64,000 nucleotides of DNA from Desulfurococcaceae archaeon (GTDB lineage Archaea > Thermoproteota > Thermoprotei_A > Sulfolobales > NBVN01). Of this stretch, positions 52,120-62,181 are shown piece after piece. The notes below the pieces were generated by a model. It had not been told where the DNA came from, did not search any database, and was given only the letters and a program-made list of their open reading frames with translations. The translations under genes and the position numbers were made by a program. The DNA lies in assembly GCA_020832985.1 (NCBI GenBank), contig JAJHRE010000002.1, positions 22,991 through 86,990 on the forward strand. The letters run 5' to 3'. How positions within the stretch are numbered: the stretch's first letter is position 1; each line of letters opens with the position of its first letter.

Positions 52120-52599
52120 ATGAAGTACTGTGCTTTTGATGTAGACGGTGTGTTACTAGATGTTAGTGAGAGGTTTAGAATCGCTAAAGAACTCGTAGAG
52201 AGTGGTATGGAAAGGGATTTCTGGAAGGTGTTCTTCAGAGAAGAACTGTTACTACTGGATAAACCTAGAGGTATCTCAATAGAACTGATCAACTCTAGAG
52301 TAGGTAGGTATGGCTTAATAGTAATTACCGGTAGACCTGCTAACCTGTATAAGATAACGTTAGAACAGATCGTTCAGAACTTTAAATTAAGACCTACTAA
52401 GATATTCATGAGGAGAGTTAATGATTATAGACCATCCACTATAGTTAAGTTAGAACTTATTGAGAAGGCATTAAATGAAGGTTATGAAGTGGTTGAATAC
52501 CATGATGACGACTTACAAGTACTGAAGACCATTAAGAAGTTATATCCTGGAATAACGTTATACTTCCATCAAGGTGATTCATACCGAATACTAAGTTAA
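52120..52599 (+). CDS. HAD-superfamily phosphatase-like protein
   Basis: N-terminal FDVDGVLLD (DxDG) motif. Confidence 0.5.
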   Translation: MKYCAFDVDGVLLDVSERFRIAKELVESGMERDFWKVFFREELLLLDKPRGISIELINSRVGRYGLIVITGRPANLYKITLEQIVQNFKLRPTKIFMRRVNDYRPSTIVKLELIEKALNEGYEVVEYHDDDLQVLKTIKKLYPGITLYFHQGDSYRILS

Positions 52600-53147
52600 A
52601 GTCCTAAAACGTCGTGGATCTCCTTCAACGCCTCTAAAGACACCTTTACAAACTCCTCTAGACTTAGCCCTAACTTCTCACAATACATTATTCTAGACCT
52701 ATCAACACCTCTAGCGAAATCCTTCTGCTTAAACTTCTTAAGAACTGAATCCACACGTACTTCATCTAATTTCTTATTAGGCATTACTAAAGCAGTCGCT
52801 ATTATTAACCCTGAAACATGGTCTGAAGCTTTTAAAGCATATGCTATATCTAGGTTTGAGGTATGCCCAGTTAATTCGTTATGTGATGCTATAGCTTCTA
52901 ATGCCTCGTTAGGGAGGAGGTCCTTAAGTAGCTCAAGAGCTACTACTCCATGCCTACTTAAGTCCTTACCAACTAATTCGTAATCTATATCGTGTAGCAG
53001 TCCTGTAAGTCCCCATAACTCCTCATCCTTACCTAACCTCCCAGCTAACGCCCTCATTATAGCTTCAACTGCTAGACAGTGTTTGAAGTTCTTCTCATTC
53101 TTAATATACTTCCTTAATAACTCTAAAGCTTCATCCCTCTTAATCAT
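52596..53147 (-). CDS. HD-domain phosphohydrolase
   Basis: H...LLHDIDYE motif. Confidence 0.7.
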   Translation of the reverse strand: MIKRDEALELLRKYIKNEKNFKHCLAVEAIMRALAGRLGKDEELWGLTGLLHDIDYELVGKDLSRHGVVALELLKDLLPNEALEAIASHNELTGHTSNLDIAYALKASDHVSGLIIATALVMPNKKLDEVRVDSVLKKFKQKDFARGVDRSRIMYCEKLGLSLEEFVKVSLEALKEIHDVLGL

Positions 53148-53247
53148 TACATACTCACCAGGTTAAGATAATCATTTCCTGACTTTATAAAGGTGTTACT
53201 CTACATTAGGACTTAGATTTTTAAGTTGTACAGTATTGATGTTCTAG

Positions 53248-53994
53248 GTGGATATACTGTTTAAGATTAAAGTATTAAGTGAGGTTAAAGCAGATGATAA
53301 AGTACTAATCGTAGGTCTTCCAGGTATGGGTGGCGTAGCGTACACTACAGCTAATCATATAGTGAATACCATGGGTGGTAGGTTAGTAGCTGAGTTCTAC
53401 ACATATAGCTACCCACCACAGATAAACATCAGTGATGGGAGGGCTAACCTATTTAAGGCCTACCTCTATGAGACGAAGCCAGCCTTAGTCCTAACAGCTA
53501 ATGCACAACCAGCGACTCCTGAGGCTCAGAACGAATTCTGTGATAACGTTATCGGATTCCTCAGTAGGAAGGGGTTAAGGAAAATCATAGCTACTGCAGC
53601 TTACGTAACAAGTCATGTCGGTCCTCTAAGGAATGTCTATGTAGCTGGGAATGATGATTCACTAATTAATGAGTTTGTTAAATTGAATGCTCAGGTATTA
53701 AAAGGTGGTGTTGTCTCAGGTATTAATGGAGCTATAGTTGGGTGGGCTTCCTACTATGACATACCGGCTGTCGTATTACTTGCTGAGACTTGGGAAGCTA
53801 TAGTTCAAGTTGATGAATTTGACTATAGAGCTTCAAAACATCTACTAGACATCGTTAGTAAGTACTTAAAGAGTGAGGTAGACACAAGTGTTTTAGATAC
53901 GTTAGCAGAGCAGGTTGAGAGTAAGGTCATGGAGTTAATTACGAGGTCACTTAAGCAGTTCGAAGTTAAGAAACCTTCTAAAGATGTTATGTAG
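53248..53994 (+). CDS. PAC2-family protein (proteasome assembly chaperone-like)
   Basis: LIVGLPGMGGVAYTTANHIV matches the PAC2 N-terminal pattern. Confidence 0.55.
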   Translation: MDILFKIKVLSEVKADDKVLIVGLPGMGGVAYTTANHIVNTMGGRLVAEFYTYSYPPQINISDGRANLFKAYLYETKPALVLTANAQPATPEAQNEFCDNVIGFLSRKGLRKIIATAAYVTSHVGPLRNVYVAGNDDSLINEFVKLNAQVLKGGVVSGINGAIVGWASYYDIPAVVLLAETWEAIVQVDEFDYRASKHLLDIVSKYLKSEVDTSVLDTLAEQVESKVMELITRSLKQFEVKKPSKDVM

Positions 53995-54005
53995 GGTATT
54001 TTAAA

Positions 54006-54662
54006 GTGTACGTGAAGACAGTAATATTTGATTTAGATGGGACGTTAGTAGATAGTAATGAAGCTCACGCTATTTCTTGGGTTCAAGCATATAAGTTAGT
54101 TGGTTATGGTGAAGTCCCTGTAGAGACTATCCTTAAGTATATAGGTATTAGAGGAGACTTAATAACTGAGAAAGTTCTTGGTAGGGAAGCTCTTAAGGAT
54201 TATAAAAGGATAAGGTTCTATAAAGATAAAGTATTCCTTAAATTACTGAGGGAAGGTTACATAACACTCTTCCCGGAAGTATATGATGTATTGAAGGTGT
54301 TGAAGAGTTACGGGGTTAAGCTATGTGTAGCTACTTCAACATCTATACCCCTACTAATAACAATGTTAGAATACTTCAACATAATGAAGTACTTTGATGT
54401 CTTAGTAGCTGGTGAGGAAGTTCGTAGGAGTAAACCTGAACCAGACCTCTATCTAGAGGCTTTAAAACGTGCTGAAACTGATGGTAGGGAGGCTTTAATA
54501 GTAGGTGATAGTGAGTATGATGTAATACCGGCTAAGGCTGTAGGTGCTACTACGGTATTAGTAATGAGAGATAATCAGAAGAAGGGGTTAAGTGTTAATC
54601 CTGACTACATAGTTAAAGACCTTATAGACTTAGTTAAGAATGTACTTAAGTTAAGGATTTAA
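54006..54662 (+). CDS. HAD-family hydrolase (phosphoglycolate phosphatase / beta-PGM-like subfamily)
   Basis: VIFDLDGTLVDS, S.KPEP and VGDSEYD motifs. Confidence 0.8.
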   Translation: MYVKTVIFDLDGTLVDSNEAHAISWVQAYKLVGYGEVPVETILKYIGIRGDLITEKVLGREALKDYKRIRFYKDKVFLKLLREGYITLFPEVYDVLKVLKSYGVKLCVATSTSIPLLITMLEYFNIMKYFDVLVAGEEVRRSKPEPDLYLEALKRAETDGREALIVGDSEYDVIPAKAVGATTVLVMRDNQKKGLSVNPDYIVKDLIDLVKNVLKLRI

Positions 54663-55874
54663 TTACTCATACCTTAAAGCTTCTACAGGACTAAGTTTTG
54701 ACGCCCTCCACGACGGGTAGATAGATGCTACTGCTGTAGTTGTGAGGGATAACACCACAGCTATTAAGGTATATTGAGGATCTAACACCGGTGTATAACT
54801 AGTAAATGGGTTTGCCTGCGGTCCTGGACCCGGACTTCTAGGACCGATGGTTAAACTGAAAATGTGTGTGAGTGCTTGTGATAACACGATACCTAACCCG
54901 AAACCTGATAACCCACCTATAAGGCCTATCAACAACCCCTGAATCAGATATAACAGTAAGACCGTAGTATCACTCATACCTAAAGCTTTAAGCAGTCCTA
55001 TCTCCCTAACCCTCTCAAGGACTGACACCATCATTATGTTAAAAGTACCTAAACCAGCAGCTATGAATGAAGTACTAGCGATACTAACTAGCAGTAAGTT
55101 CATCTGATTTAATATATTAGTGAACGTATTTACCACTGACTGAACTGTCGTTACCCTAGCTCTAGCACCTAATAACATCCTTATATTATCAGCTACATCA
55201 CTAACTACGTTAACGTCTGAGGCCTTCACTATAACTACTGAATACCCTTGAACCCCACTAACCCTTCTGAAGTAGTCTAACGGTATGTATATACTATCAT
55301 CAGGTGATGAGAGGAGGAATGAAGATCCGTAATAATTAAGTATACCTACTACGCTGAAGATATACGTTCTAGTACCAACCCTCACAGCTATTGTCTGACC
55401 AACATCAACGACTTCACTACTGCTTGATTGGTCGTGAGCTATATTATAACCTATTAAAGCTATAGGTATTGGTGTGTCAGTAAGTGGGTTACCTTTAAGT
55501 AAGTTCACATCACCACCTAACAACTCTTTAAGTTCTGAAGCCCTAACACCAACCACTGTAGCCCTAACATTCAAACCTTCAACATTACCGCTTAATGTCC
55601 TCATAGGTATTACTATTGAAACCCCTGGTAACTCAGATACCCTATAAACATCTACATCACTTAATAATCTAGTACCAGTTGATGAGACTATTATCGTTGT
55701 AGGTCCGAGTCTTTCGAAATTAGCTATGAAACTAACGTATATCCCTCGGGCATGTGATGATAACGCTATTATAACCATAACACCGACAGCAACAGCTAGG
55801 ATAGTGAGGATCGTTCTAAGCCTCCTCTGAGTTAGTTGTTTCCATGCAAGTTTAACTACGTCGTAGATGTTCAT
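54663..55874 (-). CDS. FtsX/MacB-type ABC transporter permease
   Basis: N-terminal TM, a large extracytoplasmic domain and a C-terminal FtsX-like 3-TM bundle (GLLKALGMS). Confidence 0.8.
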   Translation of the reverse strand: MNIYDVVKLAWKQLTQRRLRTILTILAVAVGVMVIIALSSHARGIYVSFIANFERLGPTTIIVSSTGTRLLSDVDVYRVSELPGVSIVIPMRTLSGNVEGLNVRATVVGVRASELKELLGGDVNLLKGNPLTDTPIPIALIGYNIAHDQSSSSEVVDVGQTIAVRVGTRTYIFSVVGILNYYGSSFLLSSPDDSIYIPLDYFRRVSGVQGYSVVIVKASDVNVVSDVADNIRMLLGARARVTTVQSVVNTFTNILNQMNLLLVSIASTSFIAAGLGTFNIMMVSVLERVREIGLLKALGMSDTTVLLLYLIQGLLIGLIGGLSGFGLGIVLSQALTHIFSLTIGPRSPGPGPQANPFTSYTPVLDPQYTLIAVVLSLTTTAVASIYPSWRASKLSPVEALRYE

Positions 55875-55886
55875 TACCTACTCCAC

Positions 55887-58826
55887 CTACTTCCTCAACT
55901 TCTTAATAATTACTAAAGCAATTAACACAACCACTACTAAACCACCAGCTATTAAGATGTAATTACTGGTACCCTCACTTACCGGTCTCGACGGAGTTAT
56001 TTGTGTGGTATTGATCGGACTTCCAACCCTAATAACTACTTCGAATGTGGTGTTCTGAGGAGTTCTTAAGTTATCGAGGTATGAGATAGTTATAGGTAGT
56101 CTTAAAACTCTTTCAGAGGTATTCATAAGCTGTAGAGTTATTGTGGCTGCAGTTGTACTTCCTACATCAATATTACCTAAGTATACAGCCCTCTCCTCTG
56201 TAGTAGGTCTAAGCGGTAAGCCTGCTATTAATGGGTATATAAATGCTGAATATGCTGGAGTTACTCCAACGTTGATTAATGTTAGAGTTATTGAGAATGT
56301 CTGACCGGGTACTACAGTAGTAGGCATTACCACATAATCAGTAACTCTAATATCTGCCTTACCCCTAAGCAGGAGTGTAAAGCTCTTAACCTCATTCTTT
56401 AAAGTACCTAATACCTTATCTACGTAGTTGAGATTGATAGTTATGTATGATGTGTATTGATTAGTTAATGTTACATAGACTGGTAATTTAATAACTACTA
56501 CCTCACCAGGTCTTAATCTCTCTATATAACCATCACTACCACCTATGATATTTATAGCTGAACCAACAGATAACCCATAGTTAATCCCTTCAATCACTTC
56601 ATTACCTACGTTCCTTAAAGTTATACTGACATTATTTACAACTCCTATAAATAGTTCGTTAGTATTTATAGTTGCTTCTACATTACTTACTAATGTTCTA
56701 GGCTCTACAGATAACATCACAGTATACGTGTCACTATACAACTGATTTAAAGTGTCGTAGTATGTGGCTGTGATTGTTATAGGGACTGAGGTATACGTGG
56801 TTACGTAGCTAGACCTAACATTCACGTAAACATACTTAGAATCTCCAGGACTTATATCACCGATGTAGAACTTACTTGATGAATTAACTAAAGCGATTAC
56901 AGTACCTTGAACACTTACACTTACTACTAAGTCTCTAACTTCAGACTCCCCAGTATTTGAAATATTTATCGATAGTACATCAATACTACTAGATAGTATA
57001 TTCGTAGGTGTTATACTGATGTTTAAGGATACCCTAGTAGGCAATACTTTAATTACCTCATTATAAGTTTCAGTCCTTAAAACACCTGAGGAGTCTAAGT
57101 ACCTAACGTTAATAGTTAGTACGTACGTACCCGGTTTATTAGTAACTACGTAAGGTATCTCCACAATACGTTCATCACCAAACCTTAAACTCCCTACTAA
57201 CACATCATTACTACCACTTAAAATTAGGGGTGTACCACTACTAACTATGTTAAGTATGACGTTACTAACATTATCGTTACTTAATACTTTAACACTTAAC
57301 GAACCTGTTGATAGAGTTTTAAATGATTTAGGTTCTAAACTTATTACTAACCTCCTCTGAGCTTCAGGTGGTTTAATCATTATTACGAAGTCGTATGTAC
57401 CGCTGAAGTAGTTACCTAGATTGTCAGAATAACTTACCTGGTAACTAATCTTCACGTAAGTAACTGAGTCTACATATGGGGTCCTAACAATGAAGTCTAC
57501 ATAGACTGTTGAGAATGGGTTTAGGTTTCCTAACCTCACTTGAGGTTCACTTAATAACAATACGTTCTGAGGTGGGATTACCTGTATAGTTAGGTTGCTT
57601 AAGTAGTTATTACCTCCATTATACAGCTTTAAAGTTAAGTTACTGATATCACCGCCTCTAACTTCTTTAGTGATTAAGTCTAGGGTTAAAGGTGAGTCCT
57701 TAATAGGTTTTACAACTACTGGTATGTTGAAGGACTTACTACCACTTAACCCATACATATCGTTATAATCAATACTTACTGTAATGAATGTGTTGACGTA
57801 TGAGGTTGTAGGTGTTGAAGATATCGTTACTGGAATCACTATACTCTCGTTAGGTCCTACCTCATCAACTACGTAGAGTGTATTACCGTAAACTTGTAGT
57901 GGTTGCTGCGTTGTTAACCTAACCACTAAATCCTTAGCAATACCTCCACTATTGATTATTGTTAAGTTAGTTGTTAATGATGAACCACTTAATAATTCAT
58001 TAGAGCTTAGGTAAGCATTAAGTATGGGTTTGTTGTACTGTTCTACGTAGATATTATTCTTATATGTTAATGTATACATGATTCCTAATGGGCCGTAATA
58101 CGTTACTGTCGTTGTAAGGACTAACGTTGTATTAGATAGTGTTGGTGGTATGAATAACCCTACAGGTATCTTCACCTCATTAGCTGGTGAGATATCACCT
58201 ACTTCTAACTTAGTTATATTCGTATATACCTGAGGTTGAGTTAATAACTCAATAACTACATTCTCAGCATTTACTGTACCATTATTAACTAACCCGATAG
58301 TTAGTACCTGCCTTCCAGGACTTACAGATGTATCGTAACTATAGATTTTAATATTAGGTCTACCATTTACTGGAATATCTACGTATAATTCAGTAGTATA
58401 CACCCTACTATAGTATAGTACCTCAACAACATACTCCAGAACTAACTTAGCCTTATACGTCCCTAAAACCGCATCATCACTTACTCTAACCTTAAATTGA
58501 AGTTCAATAATAGATCCTGCAGGTATTGAAGAACCTGCAGCCTTATAGTATGTTACGACTTTAGAGTCTCCAGTTACTGAGGTTAGTCCTTTAGGAAGTT
58601 CTAAAGTAGCTGTTATCGTAGGTGATGATATAGTATTCATAGTTCTTAAAGTTATTGATAGCTGACCTATATCTCCAGGCCCTACCTCAGTAGGATTCGC
58701 TAGAGACCCCCATGTAACTGATAATACTTCAAGTTCTACTGTTTGAGCATTGAGTACCTGTAGCGGTATTACGTTAAGTATTACCAACATAACTACTAAA
58801 GCTACAACTACACTACCTACATTCAC
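55887..58826 (-). CDS. Large (979 aa) cell-surface protein: signal/TM N-terminus, repeated beta-sandwich-like segments, C-terminal TM anchor
   Basis: Hydrophobic N-terminus, a V/T/S/N-rich repetitive body with many N-x-S/T sequons, and a C-terminal YILIAGGLVVVVLIALVIIKKLRK anchor. Confidence 0.7.
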   Translation of the reverse strand: MNVGSVVVALVVMLVILNVIPLQVLNAQTVELEVLSVTWGSLANPTEVGPGDIGQLSITLRTMNTISSPTITATLELPKGLTSVTGDSKVVTYYKAAGSSIPAGSIIELQFKVRVSDDAVLGTYKAKLVLEYVVEVLYYSRVYTTELYVDIPVNGRPNIKIYSYDTSVSPGRQVLTIGLVNNGTVNAENVVIELLTQPQVYTNITKLEVGDISPANEVKIPVGLFIPPTLSNTTLVLTTTVTYYGPLGIMYTLTYKNNIYVEQYNKPILNAYLSSNELLSGSSLTTNLTIINSGGIAKDLVVRLTTQQPLQVYGNTLYVVDEVGPNESIVIPVTISSTPTTSYVNTFITVSIDYNDMYGLSGSKSFNIPVVVKPIKDSPLTLDLITKEVRGGDISNLTLKLYNGGNNYLSNLTIQVIPPQNVLLLSEPQVRLGNLNPFSTVYVDFIVRTPYVDSVTYVKISYQVSYSDNLGNYFSGTYDFVIMIKPPEAQRRLVISLEPKSFKTLSTGSLSVKVLSNDNVSNVILNIVSSGTPLILSGSNDVLVGSLRFGDERIVEIPYVVTNKPGTYVLTINVRYLDSSGVLRTETYNEVIKVLPTRVSLNISITPTNILSSSIDVLSINISNTGESEVRDLVVSVSVQGTVIALVNSSSKFYIGDISPGDSKYVYVNVRSSYVTTYTSVPITITATYYDTLNQLYSDTYTVMLSVEPRTLVSNVEATINTNELFIGVVNNVSITLRNVGNEVIEGINYGLSVGSAINIIGGSDGYIERLRPGEVVVIKLPVYVTLTNQYTSYITINLNYVDKVLGTLKNEVKSFTLLLRGKADIRVTDYVVMPTTVVPGQTFSITLTLINVGVTPAYSAFIYPLIAGLPLRPTTEERAVYLGNIDVGSTTAATITLQLMNTSERVLRLPITISYLDNLRTPQNTTFEVVIRVGSPINTTQITPSRPVSEGTSNYILIAGGLVVVVLIALVIIKKLRK

Positions 58827-59515
58827 TGATTAATCACCTCAACTACATTCCCATCCTTCATCTTAATAACCACATCAACATATTTTGTTAACTCAACATT
58901 ATGTGTAACCATAACTACTGTCTTACCGTGCTCGTCAACTAATTTCCTAAATGTCTCAACAACTACTTGAGCATTCTTAGAATCTAAATTCCCAGTAGGT
59001 TCGTCAGCAAGTATTAGGTTAGGCATATTAACTAAGGCCCTAGCTATAGCTACCCTCTGCTGTTCACCACCACTAAGTTCTAGAGGTCTCTTACTACTCA
59101 AGTCTCTAAGACCAAACACGTCTAAAGCCTTAAGTACTAATTCCCTACGTTCCCTAAAGTTAATACCTTTAATAGCTAGTGGTAATTCAACATTCTCAAA
59201 AACTGTTAAATAACTCAGTAAGTTGTACAACTGGAATACAAAACCTACGTATTTATTCCTATACTCAGCTAATTTCCTACCGTTAAGTCTAGTTATGTCA
59301 ATACCGTCAACTACTACAGACCCCCTCGTAGGTTTATCAAGACCGCCGATAATATTCAATAATGTCGTCTTACCACTACCGGAAGGCCCTACAACAGCTG
59401 TGAACGTATTACGTTTAATAACTAAGTTAACACCTCTTAAAGCAGGCCACTCAACCTTACCAGTCCTATATACCTTCCAAACATCATTAAGTACTACGTG
59501 AAACTCATCACCCAT
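58823..59515 (-). CDS. MacB/LolD-type ABC transporter ATP-binding protein
   Basis: GPSGSGKTT, LSGGEQQR and ILADEPTGNLD motifs. Confidence 0.9.
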   Translation of the reverse strand: MGDEFHVVLNDVWKVYRTGKVEWPALRGVNLVIKRNTFTAVVGPSGSGKTTLLNIIGGLDKPTRGSVVVDGIDITRLNGRKLAEYRNKYVGFVFQLYNLLSYLTVFENVELPLAIKGINFRERRELVLKALDVFGLRDLSSKRPLELSGGEQQRVAIARALVNMPNLILADEPTGNLDSKNAQVVVETFRKLVDEHGKTVVMVTHNVELTKYVDVVIKMKDGNVVEVINQ

Positions 59516-59654
59516 TAAAACACCTCCTCAGAAAAATAATGTTAAGGAAATATAAGGATATTTTTGAAACTCCTGAAACTCTTGTTCCATAGCTTAGAGA
59601 TTAAATAATGAGGGAGTAGTGTGGTAGTTAAGGATAAAAAGGTTTTGATTTTAT

Positions 59655-60209
59655 TTACTTACTAACGCATGGGCATTTACAAACACAGGTTGCCGGTCCC
59701 CAAATCTTAACTACTGTAGAGTTCTCTAAATCTACTAATACGTGAACTACACCTCCACCTTCCTTATGTAGTGTTACCCAAGCCCCTACAGCCTTCAACA
59801 CTACTGTACCGTCGTCCTGTACTACTAACTTAATTATAGGTCTTATAGCTGTGATGTTATAGCCTTCGTCTAGTAGTTTTGAAGTATTCTCATTACTCTT
59901 CAATATATTCATGACCTTCTCTTTAAATCCTTCACTAATCTCTATAAACTTCTTATTAAGCCATAGACCCCATGCTGGAGGTAGCTTACGTATGTTATTA
60001 AACATCTTCTGCATCATTAGTCCCTTCCCGTTACTGATACTCTCTTCATCAGCTGCTTGCAGTCCTCCATATACTAAGCTTAAAGCTTTAGGGTTAGGTT
60101 TAGCGTATGCTACCATACCTACTAAGCCTAACACAACTATAGCTAATGCTAGAGTTGCTATCACGTATACCCTAGCATTTAAATTCCTACCCACTTGCAT
60201 CACCTTCAA
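59655..60209 (-). CDS. Membrane-anchored/secreted hypothetical protein with a Cys-rich C-terminus
   Basis: N-terminal TM segment and a C-terminal CVCKCPCVSK. Confidence 0.5.
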   Translation of the reverse strand: MKVMQVGRNLNARVYVIATLALAIVVLGLVGMVAYAKPNPKALSLVYGGLQAADEESISNGKGLMMQKMFNNIRKLPPAWGLWLNKKFIEISEGFKEKVMNILKSNENTSKLLDEGYNITAIRPIIKLVVQDDGTVVLKAVGAWVTLHKEGGGVVHVLVDLENSTVVKIWGPATCVCKCPCVSK

Positions 60210-60318
60210 TTACTGAATTGTTAAGGAGTTATAAGAGGGATACCGTGGAACGATCAGGAGGGAGTAGTGGAACTCCTCAAGGAACCCTTTTAACTAATTA
60301 AGGTGTTAGTGTAGTTAG

Positions 60319-60795
60319 GTGGTAGAGTTGATAATACCTCCTCAATACTTAGTAAATTTAGGTTATAGTACAGAAATACTTGATTGTAGTGGTGTGAAGC
60401 TGACACTAGATGAAGTATTTACTACCGAGTCTGAAGGATTTATCGATATTGATACTAAGGTGATACCACATTATAAGAGGTTAGAACATGATAGTGATGG
60501 AGTTTACCACTTACCTCAAGGTTCATACGTAATTAGGTATAGGGAGTATGTTAAGGTCCCAGAAGACGCTATAGCTTTAGCAATCCCTAGGTCATCATTA
60601 ATTAGGTCTGGTTCTACATTATTTACAGCTGTTTGGGACCCTGGATATGAGGGTAGGGGTTACGGGTTGTTAGTAGTGTATAATAGTCACGGTATTAGGG
60701 TAAGGAGAGGTGCTCAAGTAGCTCAACTAGTATTTATAAAGATGATGGAGAGGAGTGTGAAGGTGTATAGAGGTACTTATTTTGGGGAACGTTAA
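60319..60795 (+). CDS. dut: dUTPase / dCTP-deaminase-family protein
   Basis: VWDPGYEGRGYGLL...G.RV.RGA.VAQLVF pattern. Confidence 0.75.
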   Translation: MVELIIPPQYLVNLGYSTEILDCSGVKLTLDEVFTTESEGFIDIDTKVIPHYKRLEHDSDGVYHLPQGSYVIRYREYVKVPEDAIALAIPRSSLIRSGSTLFTAVWDPGYEGRGYGLLVVYNSHGIRVRRGAQVAQLVFIKMMERSVKVYRGTYFGER

Positions 60796-60808
60796 TTAGG
60801 TTTATGAT

Positions 60809-61435
60809 TTAACTACGTCTACTCTTACTAGCCTCACTTATTATCTCAATCAACTTCTTAATAACTTCAGTGATATCTACCTCCTCTTCCTTCTTAGGTA
60901 ACTCTACCTTCTCACCCCTCAAGAACTTCTCCACCCTCAAGCTAAACTCCTCAACAATCTTAATTAATTCGTTAGAGTTCAACCTCCCTTCATATTTCTC
61001 CCTATAAACTACCTTCCCATCCCTGAAGTAGAGTAGGTATGTAGTTGGTGATGCATGTATATCGTACTCCTTAAAGGAATTACTCGCAGCTTCAGAGTTA
61101 CACTTCCGTGAAAACCATTCACAAAGGATTACTATGAAGTAGTGATTAGTCAGTCTTTTAGCTACTTCCTCTACATACTTAAACCAAGTACCATCGTAAG
61201 CCCTACAAGCACTACATTTAGAGTTGTCGAAGTATATGATATAGTAGCCGTCAATAGGTGGTTTGAACGCATTACCGCTAATTAAGGTTAAGATCCACTC
61301 ACCCCTAACCCTATCGTATACGTACACACCATGTGGTGACTCACTACTAACTACTTTAAATCTACTTAAGCTACTTAAATCAACTCCACCACCTACCAAC
61401 GCCTTAATTAATAATTCATCACCCACATATATCAC
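60809..61435 (-). CDS. Thioredoxin-fold-like hypothetical protein
   Basis: A CSAC (CxxC) motif sits in a Trx-like context. Confidence 0.35.
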   Translation of the reverse strand: MIYVGDELLIKALVGGGVDLSSLSRFKVVSSESPHGVYVYDRVRGEWILTLISGNAFKPPIDGYYIIYFDNSKCSACRAYDGTWFKYVEEVAKRLTNHYFIVILCEWFSRKCNSEAASNSFKEYDIHASPTTYLLYFRDGKVVYREKYEGRLNSNELIKIVEEFSLRVEKFLRGEKVELPKKEEEVDITEVIKKLIEIISEASKSRRS

Positions 61436-61490
61436 CTAACCAGTCTTGAAGTAATATTAAATTAATTAAGTTAATTAGGTTTAAATAATA

Positions 61491-62114
61491 TCACTCCTTA
61501 CATAACGGTTTTAGGTAATACTCCTTAGCTAAGTTGATCGACGATGGTGTAACATCGTTAGTAACTACATTAGTTAATTCTTGAAATACCTTAATTATAT
61601 CCTCTGGAGACATATGCAGTGACTTACATCCGTACTCCTTATACATTAGTGAGTATATGACTTCATGTATTGTCCATGGGTAGATAATCCATGCCCAAGA
61701 CTCTAACCTACTTACATAGTAGTCTGGTATATACTTAGACGTTGGCTTAATATGAAGTACTGCAGTCCTAACCTCTTCAGGGTTAAACATCTTAATACGT
61801 CTAACTACAGTATCCAGTGTTGACCCACTATCTACGACGTCATCAACTATTAAGACTTTCTTACCTTTAATTGGTAGTTCTACCTCCTGTATAACCACTC
61901 TATCAGAGACCTTACCGCCAACACCCCATAAACTAGCCTTAATACTGTACACCTCATCAACATTAATGATATCGCTTAAGACCCTTGCTGGGATTAAACC
62001 ACCCCTAGATATAGCTACTATAGAGTTAGGTAGGTAATTACTCGATATGATTTCCCCAGCTAATTCAATTGTTAACTTAATAGCCTCACCCCACGAAACA
62101 TATATGTACTTCAT
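61491..62114 (-). CDS. Purine phosphoribosyltransferase (type I PRTase)
   Basis: PRPP motif VLIVDDVVDSGST. Confidence 0.75.
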   Translation of the reverse strand: MKYIYVSWGEAIKLTIELAGEIISSNYLPNSIVAISRGGLIPARVLSDIINVDEVYSIKASLWGVGGKVSDRVVIQEVELPIKGKKVLIVDDVVDSGSTLDTVVRRIKMFNPEEVRTAVLHIKPTSKYIPDYYVSRLESWAWIIYPWTIHEVIYSLMYKEYGCKSLHMSPEDIIKVFQELTNVVTNDVTPSSINLAKEYYLKPLCKE

Positions 62115-62181
62115 ACCTGAGACTCCCTCCTAACAACATTCCTCAACATATACTTACTTAAGTTTGTGCTTAAAGAATAAC

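Noticed and set aside
59223-60216. Plus-strand ORFs 59223-59501 and 59911-60216.
   Set aside because: They are antisense to the ABC ATPase gene and the Cys-tailed protein gene.
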